Of a stretch of 64,000 nucleotides of DNA, positions 19,049 through 28,982 are shown piece after piece. How positions within the stretch are numbered: position 1 is the first letter of the stretch; each line of letters starts with the position of its first letter. Source of the stretch: Candidatus Versatilivorator sp. Lineage in GTDB: Bacteria; Acidobacteriota; Terriglobia; Versatilivoradales; Versatilivoraceae. The translations under genes and the position numbers were made by a program. The notes beneath the pieces were generated by a model that made no database searches, had not been told where the DNA came from, and saw only the letters and a list, made by a program, of their open reading frames with translations. Where the stretch lies: NCBI GenBank assembly GCA_965207735.1, contig OZ242296.1:3936001-4000000 (forward strand). Direction: 5' to 3'.

Positions 19049-21463
19049 CTACGCGATCTCCCGATAGAGGGCGTCTTGCATTTCGCGGACGGCCTCAACG
19101 AAGCCCTCCCTGCCGCCAAAGGCCTTGAGTAATTGCACCGGGGTGCCGAGTTCCGTTAAAGGCGGGATGCGGAGCACGGTAACGTCGTCCAGGTTGAATA
19201 CGCCCTCGTCGGCGTACTTGGCGAGGAGCGCATCGAGCACGGCTCGGGCCTTGCCGCCGTACTTGTGGAACACGTCTCGCTTCTTGACGTCGGCGGCGCG
19301 CTCGCGCCGGGTCAAGGGCTTGGCGTCGAAGGCCACGTGGCAGATGAGGTCGAAGGGGTCGAGCTCTCTGTTCAGTTCCTTGGTTATCACATCGAGTTCC
19401 AGGCCTTCGGCTGCCAGCTCGTCGATGATGGCTTGCTTGCGATCGGCCGCGTTCCATCGCCTGAGGAAGTCGTCCAGGCTGGCAAAACGTCTCTTGAGGG
19501 CTTTCTTGGTGAAGTCACGCAGGGATTCTGTGATGAGTTTGCCGTACTGGTCCACGTAGGAGACGCGCTCCGCGACTATGGACGCCCGCACGCCGTTGAC
19601 GTAAATCTTGTACCGGCCACCCTTCGGGGGTGGGTCCGGCGTAACATCGCCGTTGGTTTCGTCCTCATCCGATTGTGGCGGGGTATCATCCTCGTCCGGC
19701 GGCGTGACGGGATCGTTCTCGCCGGGCTCGTAAATCTGGACCGGCTCTCCGTCGAACTCCGGATCGGCGAAGTGGTTGGTGACTCCCCGGAAATCTATCA
19801 GCGTGAAGTAGAGTTTGCGGGTGTTCTCGTGCACTCGGGTGCCGCGCCCAAGGATTTGCTTGAACTCGGTCATGGAGCCGCACTCGCGGTCAAGCGCAAT
19901 CAACCGGCAGGTCTGAACATCGACCCCGGTGGAGAGCAGCCGCGAGGTGGTAACCAGCACGGGATACTTGGATTCGGGGTCGATGAAGTTGTCCAGTTGT
20001 GCCTGGCCTTCGGCGTCACTGCCTGTGATGCGCATGACGTAACGGTGATTCCGGTCCACCAGGTCGGAGTTTTCGTTGATGAGCGCCTGCCTCATGCGGG
20101 CGGCGTGTTCCTGGTCCACGCAAAAGACGATCGTCTTCTGGAAGCGATCGCCGCCTTCCTTCAGGTACCGGGTGACCTTGCGGGCCACCAGCTTGGTGCG
20201 TTCGTCCAGAACCAGGGTGCGGTCGAAGTCTTTGCGGTTGTAGAGACGGTCTTCGACCTCGTTGCCGCCCCGGTCGAGTTGCCCTCGCTCGGGGCGATAA
20301 CCTTCCACGTCCCGGTCGATATGGACCTTGATGACCTTGTAGGGCGCCAGGAAACCATCGAGAATGCCCTGTTTCAGGGAATAGGAATAGACCGGCTCTC
20401 CGAAGTAGTGGATGTTGGAAACGTACCGGGTTTCCTTGGGCGTGGCCGTCAGGCCGATCTGGGTGGCGGTGGAAAAGTATTCCAGGATTTCTCGCCAAGC
20501 CGAATCCTCGGCGGCGCTGCCCCGGTGGCACTCGTCGACCACGATCAGGTCGAAGAAGCCCGGGGAGAATTCGCGGAAAATCTTCCGTTGTTCCTCCGGC
20601 CCGGTGATCGCTTGGTAGAGGCTGAGGTAAATCTCGTAGGCGGTGTCGATGCGGCGCTTCTTGCTGATGGCAGTGGCCAGATCCTCAAAGGACCCGTCCG
20701 CGCGTTCGATGGTTTTAGAGTGGGTCGAGAGCTTGGCCATGGCGGGGCCGAAGGGCCGGAAGTCGTTGACCATGGTCTGATTGACCAATACGTTGCGGTC
20801 GGCCAGGAACAGGATGCGCTTTTTGCGGCCCGCCTTCCACAGCCGCCAGATGATCTGGAAGGCGGTGTAGGTCTTGCCTGTTCCCGTGGCCATGACCAGC
20901 AGGACGCGGTCGCGGCCCTTGGCGATGGCCTCGACTGCGGCGTTGATGGCGTTGACCTGATAGTAGCGCGGCGCCTTGCCGCCGCCGTCGTCGAAATAGT
21001 CCTGAAGGACGATCTTCTCGGACTCGGCCGTCAGTCCCTTCCAGGCGCGAAAACGCGACCACAGGTCGCCCGGCGGCGGAAAGGCATCGAGGGCGAGCGT
21101 GGTTTCCTTGGCGGTGGCGCTGGTGCGGTCATGGAACAGGAAGCCGTCGCCATTGGAGGAGAAGACGAAGGGAATGTTCAACGCGTCGGCGTAGTCAAGG
21201 GCCTGCTGGATGCCGTCGCCGATGGAATGGTTGTTGTCCTTGGCTTCGATCAGAGCGATGGGCAGGTTGGACTTGTAGTAGAGAACGTAGTCGGCCCGCT
21301 TGCCTTTACCCCGGCTGACCAGCTTGCCGCGCACTACGATGCGTCCCTTGGTGAAGTGGACTTCCTCGCGGATTTGCGTCATCTCGTCCCAGCCGGCTTT
21401 CCGCAGGGCCGGGGTGATGAACTTGGTGCAGATGTCCCGTTCGCTCAGGCTCTTCTTGTCCAT
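19049..21463 (-). CDS. hsdR: Type I restriction subunit R (EcoAI/EcoEI-like)
   Basis: IEAK, MATGTGKT, DECHRG, TATP and QILGRGTR motifs; EcoEI-type C-terminus; likely start MDKKSLSERD. Confidence 0.96.
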   Translation of the reverse strand: MDKKSLSERDICTKFITPALRKAGWDEMTQIREEVHFTKGRIVVRGKLVSRGKGKRADYVLYYKSNLPIALIEAKDNNHSIGDGIQQALDYADALNIPFVFSSNGDGFLFHDRTSATAKETTLALDAFPPPGDLWSRFRAWKGLTAESEKIVLQDYFDDGGGKAPRYYQVNAINAAVEAIAKGRDRVLLVMATGTGKTYTAFQIIWRLWKAGRKKRILFLADRNVLVNQTMVNDFRPFGPAMAKLSTHSKTIERADGSFEDLATAISKKRRIDTAYEIYLSLYQAITGPEEQRKIFREFSPGFFDLIVVDECHRGSAAEDSAWREILEYFSTATQIGLTATPKETRYVSNIHYFGEPVYSYSLKQGILDGFLAPYKVIKVHIDRDVEGYRPERGQLDRGGNEVEDRLYNRKDFDRTLVLDERTKLVARKVTRYLKEGGDRFQKTIVFCVDQEHAARMRQALINENSDLVDRNHRYVMRITGSDAEGQAQLDNFIDPESKYPVLVTTSRLLSTGVDVQTCRLIALDRECGSMTEFKQILGRGTRVHENTRKLYFTLIDFRGVTNHFADPEFDGEPVQIYEPGENDPVTPPDEDDTPPQSDEDETNGDVTPDPPPKGGRYKIYVNGVRASIVAERVSYVDQYGKLITESLRDFTKKALKRRFASLDDFLRRWNAADRKQAIIDELAAEGLELDVITKELNRELDPFDLICHVAFDAKPLTRRERAADVKKRDVFHKYGGKARAVLDALLAKYADEGVFNLDDVTVLRIPPLTELGTPVQLLKAFGGREGFVEAVREMQDALYREIA

Positions 21464-21673
21464 GGCGACTGGTTCGGCAGGAACCCTGGCCTGGCTGGCC
21501 CGGGGGCGGCTGCGAGCTTCCGCGCGATCTTGAGCCTCCATGGGAAGCGCGCGTTTGTGCCGCCAGCGCCATCCCCTCAATCCAACGTTCGTCTTGGGGT
21601 GCTTCCCGTCTTTTCAGTGTCGCTGAATGCGGGAGTCCCGAAGCAGCTTTGATTGCGCAGCCGAAAAGAAACG

Positions 21674-22069
21674 TTAACCGAGTTGCTCCCAGAACGCACG
21701 CGGCGAGACGATTGGAACGGTGACTTCGGCTGCGACTTCAAGCAGGTCACGATCACCAGTGACAAGGAAGTCGGCACGTCCCTCTATCGCGGCCGCAACG
21801 ACCCAACGATCATCCGGGTCGCGCTTCGGCCACACGGCGGGGACGGCGGGCTCAACGACCTCGGCCTGCCTTCGCAGAAAGGACGAAAGCGTCTTGGCCT
21901 GCAGGGGAGGCAAGTGAAGCTTCTGTACGAGGACGCGCTCAAATTCGGCCAGCACGGTCTCGCTCACGACCATCTCGTGTTCCGCCAAAGTGACTCGGAA
22001 GATGTCCTCACAAAGCCCGTGCGTCGCGTATGCCGCGACCAGCACGTTGGTGTCCAGGAACACCCTCAT
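21674..22069 (-). CDS. PIN-domain toxin
   Basis: VFLDTNVLVAA, RDPDDRWVV and LVTGDRDLL motifs. Confidence 0.92.
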   Translation of the reverse strand: MRVFLDTNVLVAAYATHGLCEDIFRVTLAEHEMVVSETVLAEFERVLVQKLHLPPLQAKTLSSFLRRQAEVVEPAVPAVWPKRDPDDRWVVAAAIEGRADFLVTGDRDLLEVAAEVTVPIVSPRAFWEQLG

Positions 22070-22281
22070 GAGACGTTTCGAGAAACGTCTTCATCCGTTA
22101 GCCAACCTTTGGCCTTTGCGAAAGGCGCGACACTCTGACGCAGTTCTTCAAATTGGGCCAAGGCCAGTTGGCGGCGCAAGGCACGGCGAATCAACTCGCT
22201 CTTGGGGCGTCCCGTGCGTTTTGCGAGTTTCGTCAACTCAAGGGCGAGTTCTTCATCCAGGCGAACCGTGATCGTGTTCAT
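22066..22281 (-). CDS. Ribbon-helix-helix (CopG) antitoxin
   Basis: TITVRLDEEL...KSELIRRAL; ATGA overlap with the PIN gene. Confidence 0.88.
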   Translation of the reverse strand: MNTITVRLDEELALELTKLAKRTGRPKSELIRRALRRQLALAQFEELRQSVAPFAKAKGWLTDEDVSRNVS

Positions 22282-22338
22282 GGCACCTATTTTGAGACAT
22301 GGATGAGGAGGGAGCAAGCCGTATTCGGAACTTGACCT

Positions 22339-22376
22339 GGCGCATGATGTCCCGGGTGGATTTGACCAGGATGCGG
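22339..22376 (-). pseudogene. Short decayed copy of the hsdM 5' end
   Basis: GGCGCATGATGTCCCGGGTGGATTTGACCAGGATGCGG vs 19001-19038 GGCGCATGATGTTCTGGATGGATTTGACCTGGGTGCGG (33/38). Confidence 0.7.
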
Positions 22377-22398
22377 GCTCCGATCCGCGGGCACCCCC

Positions 22399-23700
22399 TC
22401 AGTATTCCAGGCTCGGCTGCGCCCCGCCGTTCTTGCTTGCCCGGATGTCGTAGCAGTTGAGCACGCCCTGGTTGCGGATGTAGAGTCTGCCGCCGCTCAC
22501 CACCGGGTGGGCCCAACTGGGCCATCCCTGGTCGGCCACCTCGAAGCGGCCTTTCTCCCGGTACTCTTCGGTCGTAGCTTCGGCCAGGCCCACCACGTTC
22601 TTTTCGCTGAAGAGGTAGAGATGGCCGTCGGCATAGATGACCGATCCCTTGCCCACGCTGCGGTCCTTCCACATCACCTTGCCGGTCTCGAACTCCATGC
22701 AGGTGAGGATGGCGTTGGAGAACCCGTAGAGGTAGCCGTCGACCAGGACCACCCCGCCGTGGTGGTTCATCATTTCGCGGTTGAAGTAGACCTCCTCGGC
22801 ATCCATGGAGCCGTTGTCGGCCTTGAGCTGCAGCAAGGCGCAGCCGGTGCCGTAGGCGGAGCTGTAGAAAGCCCGGTCCCGGTATAGGACCGGAGTGGTG
22901 ACGTTGGCGGTCCGGTTGGCCACCGGCTCATAGCGCCACAACAGGTGCCCGTCATCGGCCCTCAGCCCCACGGCCGCGGCGGCGGTAAAGGCCAGCAGGG
23001 TGCGGATGCCCTGGACTTCAGCCACCACGCAGGAGGAGTAGCCGGCCCGGTCGCTGAGCTCCTTGCTGGTCCAAATGGTTTTTCCGGTATTCTTGTCCAG
23101 AGCCACCAGGCTGGCCTGATCGCCGCCGGGCATCACGATCAGCCGGTCGCCGTCCACCAGAGGCGACTCGCTGATGAGCCACTTGGGATTCTCGCCCTTG
23201 AAATCCTTGAGGATGTTGCGGTGCCACAAGGTCTTGCCGTCGCCGGCCTGCAGGCAGGTCAGGTCGCCGTTTTCGGTCAGCACGTAAATGCGGTCCTCGT
23301 GGATGGTGGGAGTCCCCCGGGGACCGGGTCCGCGGCCATGGTCCAATCGATCCCCCAGGGACACGGTCCAGAGCGTCCGGCCGCTGCTTTCCTCGAGACA
23401 ATACAGGGTACTGTCGTTTTCGCGGGTGCCCTGGACGAAGATCCGGCCTCCCTGAATGGCCACGCTCCCATAGCCCTCTCCCAGGTCGGAAGTGGACCAG
23501 ACCAGAGCGGGGCCGCCGGCCGGCCACTGCCCAAGCAATCCGGTTTCGGTGGAAAGGCCGGTTCTTTCCGGTCCCCGCCACTGGGGCCACAGGCCCTCGG
23601 GAAAGGAATGGTTCGATTGGGGAAGCTGTACCTGGCTGCAGGAAGCCAAAACGATGACGGTGGCAATCAGTGCTGCGGTCGGGAGCCTCTTGTGGCTCAT
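22399..23700 (-). CDS. PQQ-binding-like beta-propeller (BamB-like) lipoprotein
   Basis: Lipobox LASC; WPQWRGP; repeated G...W blade motifs. Confidence 0.9.
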   Translation of the reverse strand: MSHKRLPTAALIATVIVLASCSQVQLPQSNHSFPEGLWPQWRGPERTGLSTETGLLGQWPAGGPALVWSTSDLGEGYGSVAIQGGRIFVQGTRENDSTLYCLEESSGRTLWTVSLGDRLDHGRGPGPRGTPTIHEDRIYVLTENGDLTCLQAGDGKTLWHRNILKDFKGENPKWLISESPLVDGDRLIVMPGGDQASLVALDKNTGKTIWTSKELSDRAGYSSCVVAEVQGIRTLLAFTAAAAVGLRADDGHLLWRYEPVANRTANVTTPVLYRDRAFYSSAYGTGCALLQLKADNGSMDAEEVYFNREMMNHHGGVVLVDGYLYGFSNAILTCMEFETGKVMWKDRSVGKGSVIYADGHLYLFSEKNVVGLAEATTEEYREKGRFEVADQGWPSWAHPVVSGGRLYIRNQGVLNCYDIRASKNGGAQPSLEY

Positions 23701-24199
23701 GGCGATTCTCCTTTCGCTCAAGATGGCCGCATTGTACACCTTTGCGCCCGGGCTTGGACCCATTCAATTGGGGCCGGCGGACGTCATTGCCGGAAACGCC
23801 CGCCGGCCTCTCGCGAGGCAGGTGCTCTCAGGGATTCGTCATCCCACCTGCCTGCTGCGGGCAGGTGACATTCCTTTTTTGACCTGCACCCGGCGGCCCA
23901 GGCTCTCCTACCTCGGGCCGGCTTATCGTGGTACACTGGCCGGGAGAGCCGTCAACAAAACACCCCCTCACCTGGTCTGATCTCCCTCACAGCAGGTCCG
24001 TCAAAGTGGAAGGAGAATCGGCAATGAGAATCAGCGCGGAGTTGATCGCCATCGGCATTTTGGGCGTATCCCTGGTCAGTTTTGGATGGAAGGTTTCTTC
24101 CGCAAGAGGTGTTTTTCTCCTGGCCGAGTTAATGAGAATGTGAATCGTCCCTCGGCCCCTGCAGGCTTATGGCGAGGCCGGGTTCACGGGGAGGGCCTT

Positions 24200-25885
24200 A
24201 TGAAGTTGGGATTGATTGGCTTGTTGGGCGTCGCTATAGCGTTGGCCGTCGCCTATTTTCCGAAAGAATCGGAAGAACCATTGGAAACTGAAATGAGTTG
24301 GAAGGCTTCAGGTCGGGTCGGGGCGGTGGCGGCCGGCGACAGCCGCGCCGTGGACGCCGGGATCGAAATTCTCCGCGACGGCGGCAACGCCGCCGATGCC
24401 GCGGTGGCCGTCATCCTGGCGCTCAGCGTGACCGATTACGGGCAATATTGCATCGGTGGAGAGGTCCCGTTTCTCATTTACGACACCCGGCGTGAAGCCG
24501 TGGAGGTGCTCTCGGGTCAGGGAGCGGCTCCCAAGCTGGCGACGCTGGAGCATTTCAGCAAGATCGGCGGGATCCCCCAGGGAGGAGACCCCAACAACCT
24601 CCAGTCCGCGGCGGTCCCGGCGGTCATCGACCTGTGCGTGACCGCGTTGGAGCGTTACGGCACCCGAACCTTCGCCCAAGCTGCCCGCCCGGTGCTGGAG
24701 ATCCTGGACGCGGGAGAGGAATCCTGGCACCCGAAGCTGGCCGGAACGCTGCGGCGCCTGATCGAGGCCGAGAACCAGGCCGAGGGTGGACGGATGCAGG
24801 GGCTGCGCGCCGTTTCCGACCGCTTCTACCGGGGAGACATTGCCGAGGAGCTGGACGCCTGGTACCGGAAACATGGCGGACTGCTGCGGAAGGAGGATCT
24901 GGCCGCCCACCGGACCTGGGTGGAGGAGCCGGTCACGGTTGACTATCGCGGCTATACCGTCTGCAAGGCCGGGGTCTGGACCCAGGGCCCCTATCTCTCC
25001 CAAACCCTGCGATTGCTGGAGGGTTACGACCTGCGGCAACTGGGTCACCTTTCCGCCGACTACATTCATGTCGTCACCGAGGCCATGAAGCTGGTCCTGG
25101 CCGACCGTGATCTCTACTACGGAGATCCGCGTTTTGTGGAGGTGCCCCTGGCCAACCTCTTGTCCGACCGGTACACGCTACTGCGCCGTCCGCTGATCGA
25201 CCTCGGGAAGGCCTCGCTCGCGGTCCGTCCGGGAGATCCCCACGGCATGCGCCCGGTCCAGGTGTCTCGCAAGCAGGCTCCGCGGAGTGTTGGACGGTCC
25301 AGCGATACCACCACCTGCGTGGTGGCCGACCGCTGGGGCAACGTGGTGGCGGCCACGCCCAGCGGGTGGGGCAGCCAGGTGGATGAGGGCGGAAGCACCG
25401 GTGTCACCCACGGGACCCGCCTGGTCAGCCTGAACACCTGGGAGGGCCACCCCAACGTGGTGGCTCCCGGCAAACGGCCTCGAATCACCCTGACGCCCAC
25501 CATCGTCCTCAAGCAGGGCAAGCCGGTCATCGCCATCAGCGTGGCCGGGGGCGATCATCAGGACCAGGTGAGCCTGCAACTGCTGCTGGATGCCGTCGAG
25601 TTCGGGATGAAGCCGGCTCAGGCCGTCACCGTCCCCCGTTTCGCCACCGCCCATCACACGGGCTCCTTCAGCCAGCCTCCTCCCCAATTGGGAAGCCTGA
25701 GCCTCTATGAGGGCACCGACAAGGGGGTGGCCGACGAGCTCAAGGGCCGCGGACACAGCCTGCAGTTCGTGGAGCGGGTGGCCAGTCCGGTCATGCTTCA
25801 GGTAGATCCTGAGGATGGAACGGTTCTGGTGGCCGGCGATCCCAAGGCGGGCCGCCACGCCGCGGCGCTAGAGAGTGGAGAGTGA
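24200..25885 (+). CDS. Gamma-glutamyltransferase family protein
   Basis: GGNAADAAVA, DTTTCVVADRWGN (Thr nucleophile) and PGKRP motifs. Confidence 0.92.
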   Translation: MKLGLIGLLGVAIALAVAYFPKESEEPLETEMSWKASGRVGAVAAGDSRAVDAGIEILRDGGNAADAAVAVILALSVTDYGQYCIGGEVPFLIYDTRREAVEVLSGQGAAPKLATLEHFSKIGGIPQGGDPNNLQSAAVPAVIDLCVTALERYGTRTFAQAARPVLEILDAGEESWHPKLAGTLRRLIEAENQAEGGRMQGLRAVSDRFYRGDIAEELDAWYRKHGGLLRKEDLAAHRTWVEEPVTVDYRGYTVCKAGVWTQGPYLSQTLRLLEGYDLRQLGHLSADYIHVVTEAMKLVLADRDLYYGDPRFVEVPLANLLSDRYTLLRRPLIDLGKASLAVRPGDPHGMRPVQVSRKQAPRSVGRSSDTTTCVVADRWGNVVAATPSGWGSQVDEGGSTGVTHGTRLVSLNTWEGHPNVVAPGKRPRITLTPTIVLKQGKPVIAISVAGGDHQDQVSLQLLLDAVEFGMKPAQAVTVPRFATAHHTGSFSQPPPQLGSLSLYEGTDKGVADELKGRGHSLQFVERVASPVMLQVDPEDGTVLVAGDPKAGRHAAALESGE

Positions 25886-26373
25886 AGAGTGGAGAGTGGA
25901 GAATGATGAGTGACCGGTGGAAAGTTGCGAGGCACTTCATGCTCCTTTCAGTGGTCCTTGCGCCGCTGGTTTTGTTCAGCGCAATTCCCTTGCTTGCGGG
26001 TTCCAGGGTGGCTGTCACCGTCAACAAGGTCAGGCCGGGAAAGGGAATGTTGCACATTACGCTGGTCAACAAGGCCCAGTTTCTGATGCGGCGGAAGTTG
26101 AAAAAGCCCTTGATGAAAGGCATCGTCAAGGCGCTGGGCAAGTCGGTTCAGTATGAGTTCAAGGATGTGCCTCCGGGGGATTACGCGGTTCAGGTGTTGC
26201 AGGACTTCGACGGAGACGGTGATATGACCGACAACTGGCTGGGTCTTCCGAAGGAGCCTTGGGGGATGTCCAACAACCCGCCCATCGGGTTGGGCGGTCC
26301 CAAATGGGAACGCGCCAAGTTCACCGTCACCGACGACTCCGAGGTGGTGACGGTCAGCCTCGACTTGAGGTAG
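25882..26373 (+). CDS. DUF2141 family exported protein
   Basis: PPGDYAVQVLQDFDGDG...GLPKEPWGMSNN. Confidence 0.85.
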   Translation: MKSGEWRMMSDRWKVARHFMLLSVVLAPLVLFSAIPLLAGSRVAVTVNKVRPGKGMLHITLVNKAQFLMRRKLKKPLMKGIVKALGKSVQYEFKDVPPGDYAVQVLQDFDGDGDMTDNWLGLPKEPWGMSNNPPIGLGGPKWERAKFTVTDDSEVVTVSLDLR

Positions 26374-26405
26374 TTTGAGAAAGCGAGGGCGCAACCCCTC
26401 TGCCA

Positions 26406-27530
26406 TCAGAGGGATCGACCCGGCCCAAAGGGGTTGGGGGCCGCGCTGGGAGACTCTTGCACGACCAGGCTGGCCGCAAGAAGCCCCACCGAGTAGCTGG
26501 TGGTCACGCCGTGCCCCGCCAGGCCCGCCAGCCAGAAGAACCCCTTCACCGACGAGTCCCATCCCACAACGAATCGACCGTCGGGCGCCAGAGTTCTGAG
26601 TCCGGCCCAGGATCGCCGGATGGGAAGATCGGAAAGCCCGGGATAGTGGCGGGTCACTTTGTCGGCCAGCATCTGCAGGGCCGCCGGATCGTCCGCCGCC
26701 GTCCCGGGTTCCTGAGCTTCCTCATCGCAAGGGCAGAGGAGAAGGCCCCCCGATTCGGGGCGAAAGTAGAGTTCCTGGCTGAGGTCCCAGACAATGGGCC
26801 ATCGAGGATCGACCCGGTCAAGCGGCTTGGTCACGAACAGATGGCGGCGATAGGGGACCAGCGGGACCGTGGAGGCGCCGGCCAATTGACCGATCTGTTG
26901 AGCCCAGGCTCCGGCCGCATTGACCACGACATCGGCCGATATTTCTTCGGATTCCGTTTGGACGGCGCAAATCTTGTCCTGGCGGACTACAACCCGGCGC
27001 AGGGCGCTTGAGGTCCTCAACCGGGCACCGGCCGAGGCTGCCGCCTTCAGATAACCGTGCAGCAGGCCGTGGATATCGACCACGCCGTCGGTGGGGCACC
27101 ACAAGCCTCCTTCTGCCGGAGCACCCTCCAGGATCGGCACGGCCTCGACAATGCGTTCGATGGGCCACCACTCCGCCGGCACCCCCCGTTCGCGGCTGCG
27201 GGCGCCGTCCTGCTTCAGCCTGGCTGAATCCTTGGCCGAGGCCAGCAAGAAGGAGCCATTCTGTTCGAAGCGGGTTTCCAGGGGCCAATCCGGGGGCAGG
27301 CGGCGAAGGAAGGCCGCTCCTCCCCGGGCCAGGGCGGCGACGGACTCATGGGGAACCACCTGGCGGACCATGGCCGCGTTTCTTCCGGAGGCGTGCATCC
27401 CGGCAACGTCCTCCTGTTCCAGGATGGTGACCCGATCCATCCCCATGCGGGTCAGATGAAAGGCCGTGGCCGCTCCGGCGAACCCGGCTCCGACCACCAC
27501 GATGGACGGTTGATGATTGCTCGAAATCAT
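26406..27530 (-). CDS. FAD-dependent oxidoreductase (DadA/glycine oxidase family)
   Basis: VVGAGFAG, ASGRNA, VVNAAGAW and WAGLR motifs. Confidence 0.92.
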   Translation of the reverse strand: MISSNHQPSIVVVGAGFAGAATAFHLTRMGMDRVTILEQEDVAGMHASGRNAAMVRQVVPHESVAALARGGAAFLRRLPPDWPLETRFEQNGSFLLASAKDSARLKQDGARSRERGVPAEWWPIERIVEAVPILEGAPAEGGLWCPTDGVVDIHGLLHGYLKAAASAGARLRTSSALRRVVVRQDKICAVQTESEEISADVVVNAAGAWAQQIGQLAGASTVPLVPYRRHLFVTKPLDRVDPRWPIVWDLSQELYFRPESGGLLLCPCDEEAQEPGTAADDPAALQMLADKVTRHYPGLSDLPIRRSWAGLRTLAPDGRFVVGWDSSVKGFFWLAGLAGHGVTTSYSVGLLAASLVVQESPSAAPNPFGPGRSL

Positions 27531-27673
27531 GATCCGGGGAGAAATCGATGTACGGGAATGGCGTCCCTACCGAGCGGCTGCCAACGACAGGGAAGCGAGT
27601 GTTCCTTGCCGCCGGCCGTCCGCTCTTGAGATAATGCAGCTCCCGCTAACGCGCTTGCGAAAGGAACCCTGCC

Positions 27674-28549
27674 ATGAAATTCGCCATGCACAACTGGATG
27701 CGCCAGGAACCCATTGAAACCACCATTGAACGTCTCCACCGCCTCGGGTATGACGGGATCGAGATCAGCGGAGAACCGACCCAATATGATACAAGCCACG
27801 TCGCCGGATTGCTGGAAAAGTACCGGCTGGCCTGCTGGGGCTCACACAGCATCATGATGCCGGGGCGGGACCTGGTGTCCGAGGAGGCGTCGGTTCGGGA
27901 CGAAACGGTGGAATACATGCAGGCCTGCGTGCGCATGGTTCATGAGCTCGGAGGATCGATTTTCGTGATCTTCCCCAGCGAGTGCAACCGGCTCGCCCGG
28001 GTGGCCAATCCCGACCAGGAGTGGCGCTGGGGGATCGAGGGAGTCCGCCGGATTGCCGAATATGCGGCCGAGCGCGGCATTCGCGTGGGCATCGAAGCCC
28101 TGAACCGGTTCGAGACCCATTTCATCAACCGCCACGATCAAGCCCTGGCCTTGGCCGACGAGGTGGGGCCGGAAGTGGGCGTGGCGCTGGATGCCTTTCA
28201 CATGAACATCGAGGAAGTCGATCCCCTGCAGGCCATACGCAACGTGGGCTCGCGCCTGATCGACTTCCACGTGGCCGATAACAACCGGCGGCCGCCGGGA
28301 CAGGGAAGCTACGACTGGAAAGCGGTGATTCGGACCCTGCGCGAGGTGGGGTACGACGCCTACCTCACCCAGGAGTTTGTCAATCCCATCGATCGAACCC
28401 CCCTTGGAGTCCGGAAGGACACCGGTTCGGGAGAGGTCTCGGCCGATATGCTGAAATTCCTGCAGGACCACGGGTCGGGCGTGCTCAGCGCCGAGGAGTA
28501 CGACGAATCGGTCCGGCAAGGCATTACCTACCTGAAGACGCTCGTGTGA
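27674..28549 (+). CDS. Sugar phosphate isomerase/epimerase (D-tagatose 3-epimerase-like)
   Basis: EALNRFE, LDAFHMNIEE and HVADNNRRPPGQG motifs. Confidence 0.92.
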   Translation: MKFAMHNWMRQEPIETTIERLHRLGYDGIEISGEPTQYDTSHVAGLLEKYRLACWGSHSIMMPGRDLVSEEASVRDETVEYMQACVRMVHELGGSIFVIFPSECNRLARVANPDQEWRWGIEGVRRIAEYAAERGIRVGIEALNRFETHFINRHDQALALADEVGPEVGVALDAFHMNIEEVDPLQAIRNVGSRLIDFHVADNNRRPPGQGSYDWKAVIRTLREVGYDAYLTQEFVNPIDRTPLGVRKDTGSGEVSADMLKFLQDHGSGVLSAEEYDESVRQGITYLKTLV

Positions 28550-28559
28550 AGACCGCCTG

Positions 28560-28982
28560 TCAGACGTGCAGAACGATCCATTGGCGTTCCACCGTCACCG
28601 GGAAGGTCTCCACCCTGGGCTCATTCTCCATTTGGGACCCTGAACAGGCGGGTTCCACCGTCACCGGATAGACCTTCAGCTTCACACGGTCCGGTTTGAA
28701 GACCGACTTGCCGGTTGTCAAATCGAACTCCCACCCGTGCCAGGGGCAGCGGATGATCCGGCCTTCGAGGCCGTAGCGGAACTCTCCGACCGGGGAGGGC
28801 AGCATGGTGCCGGTCACTTGCCCCAGGCAGAGGGGGCCTCTTTGGTGGGGGCAGAGGTTCAGCAGCGCGTGGTAGCTGCCCCCGACGTTGAAGACGCCGA
28901 TGGAACGGCCGTCGGCATCCACGATCTTTCGCTCTCCCGGCTGCAGCTCCTCGGTGGTGCACACCCTGTACCGCTTAGCCAT
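28560..28982 (-). CDS. Rieske 2Fe-2S protein
   Basis: CPHQ...CPWHGW. Confidence 0.93.
   Translation of the reverse strand: MAKRYRVCTTEELQPGERKIVDADGRSIGVFNVGGSYHALLNLCPHQRGPLCLGQVTGTMLPSPVGEFRYGLEGRIIRCPWHGWEFDLTTGKSVFKPDRVKLKVYPVTVEPACSGSQMENEPRVETFPVTVERQWIVLHV

Noticed and set aside
19265-21652. 795-aa plus-strand ORF
   Set aside because: Antisense shadow of hsdR caused by high-GC codon bias
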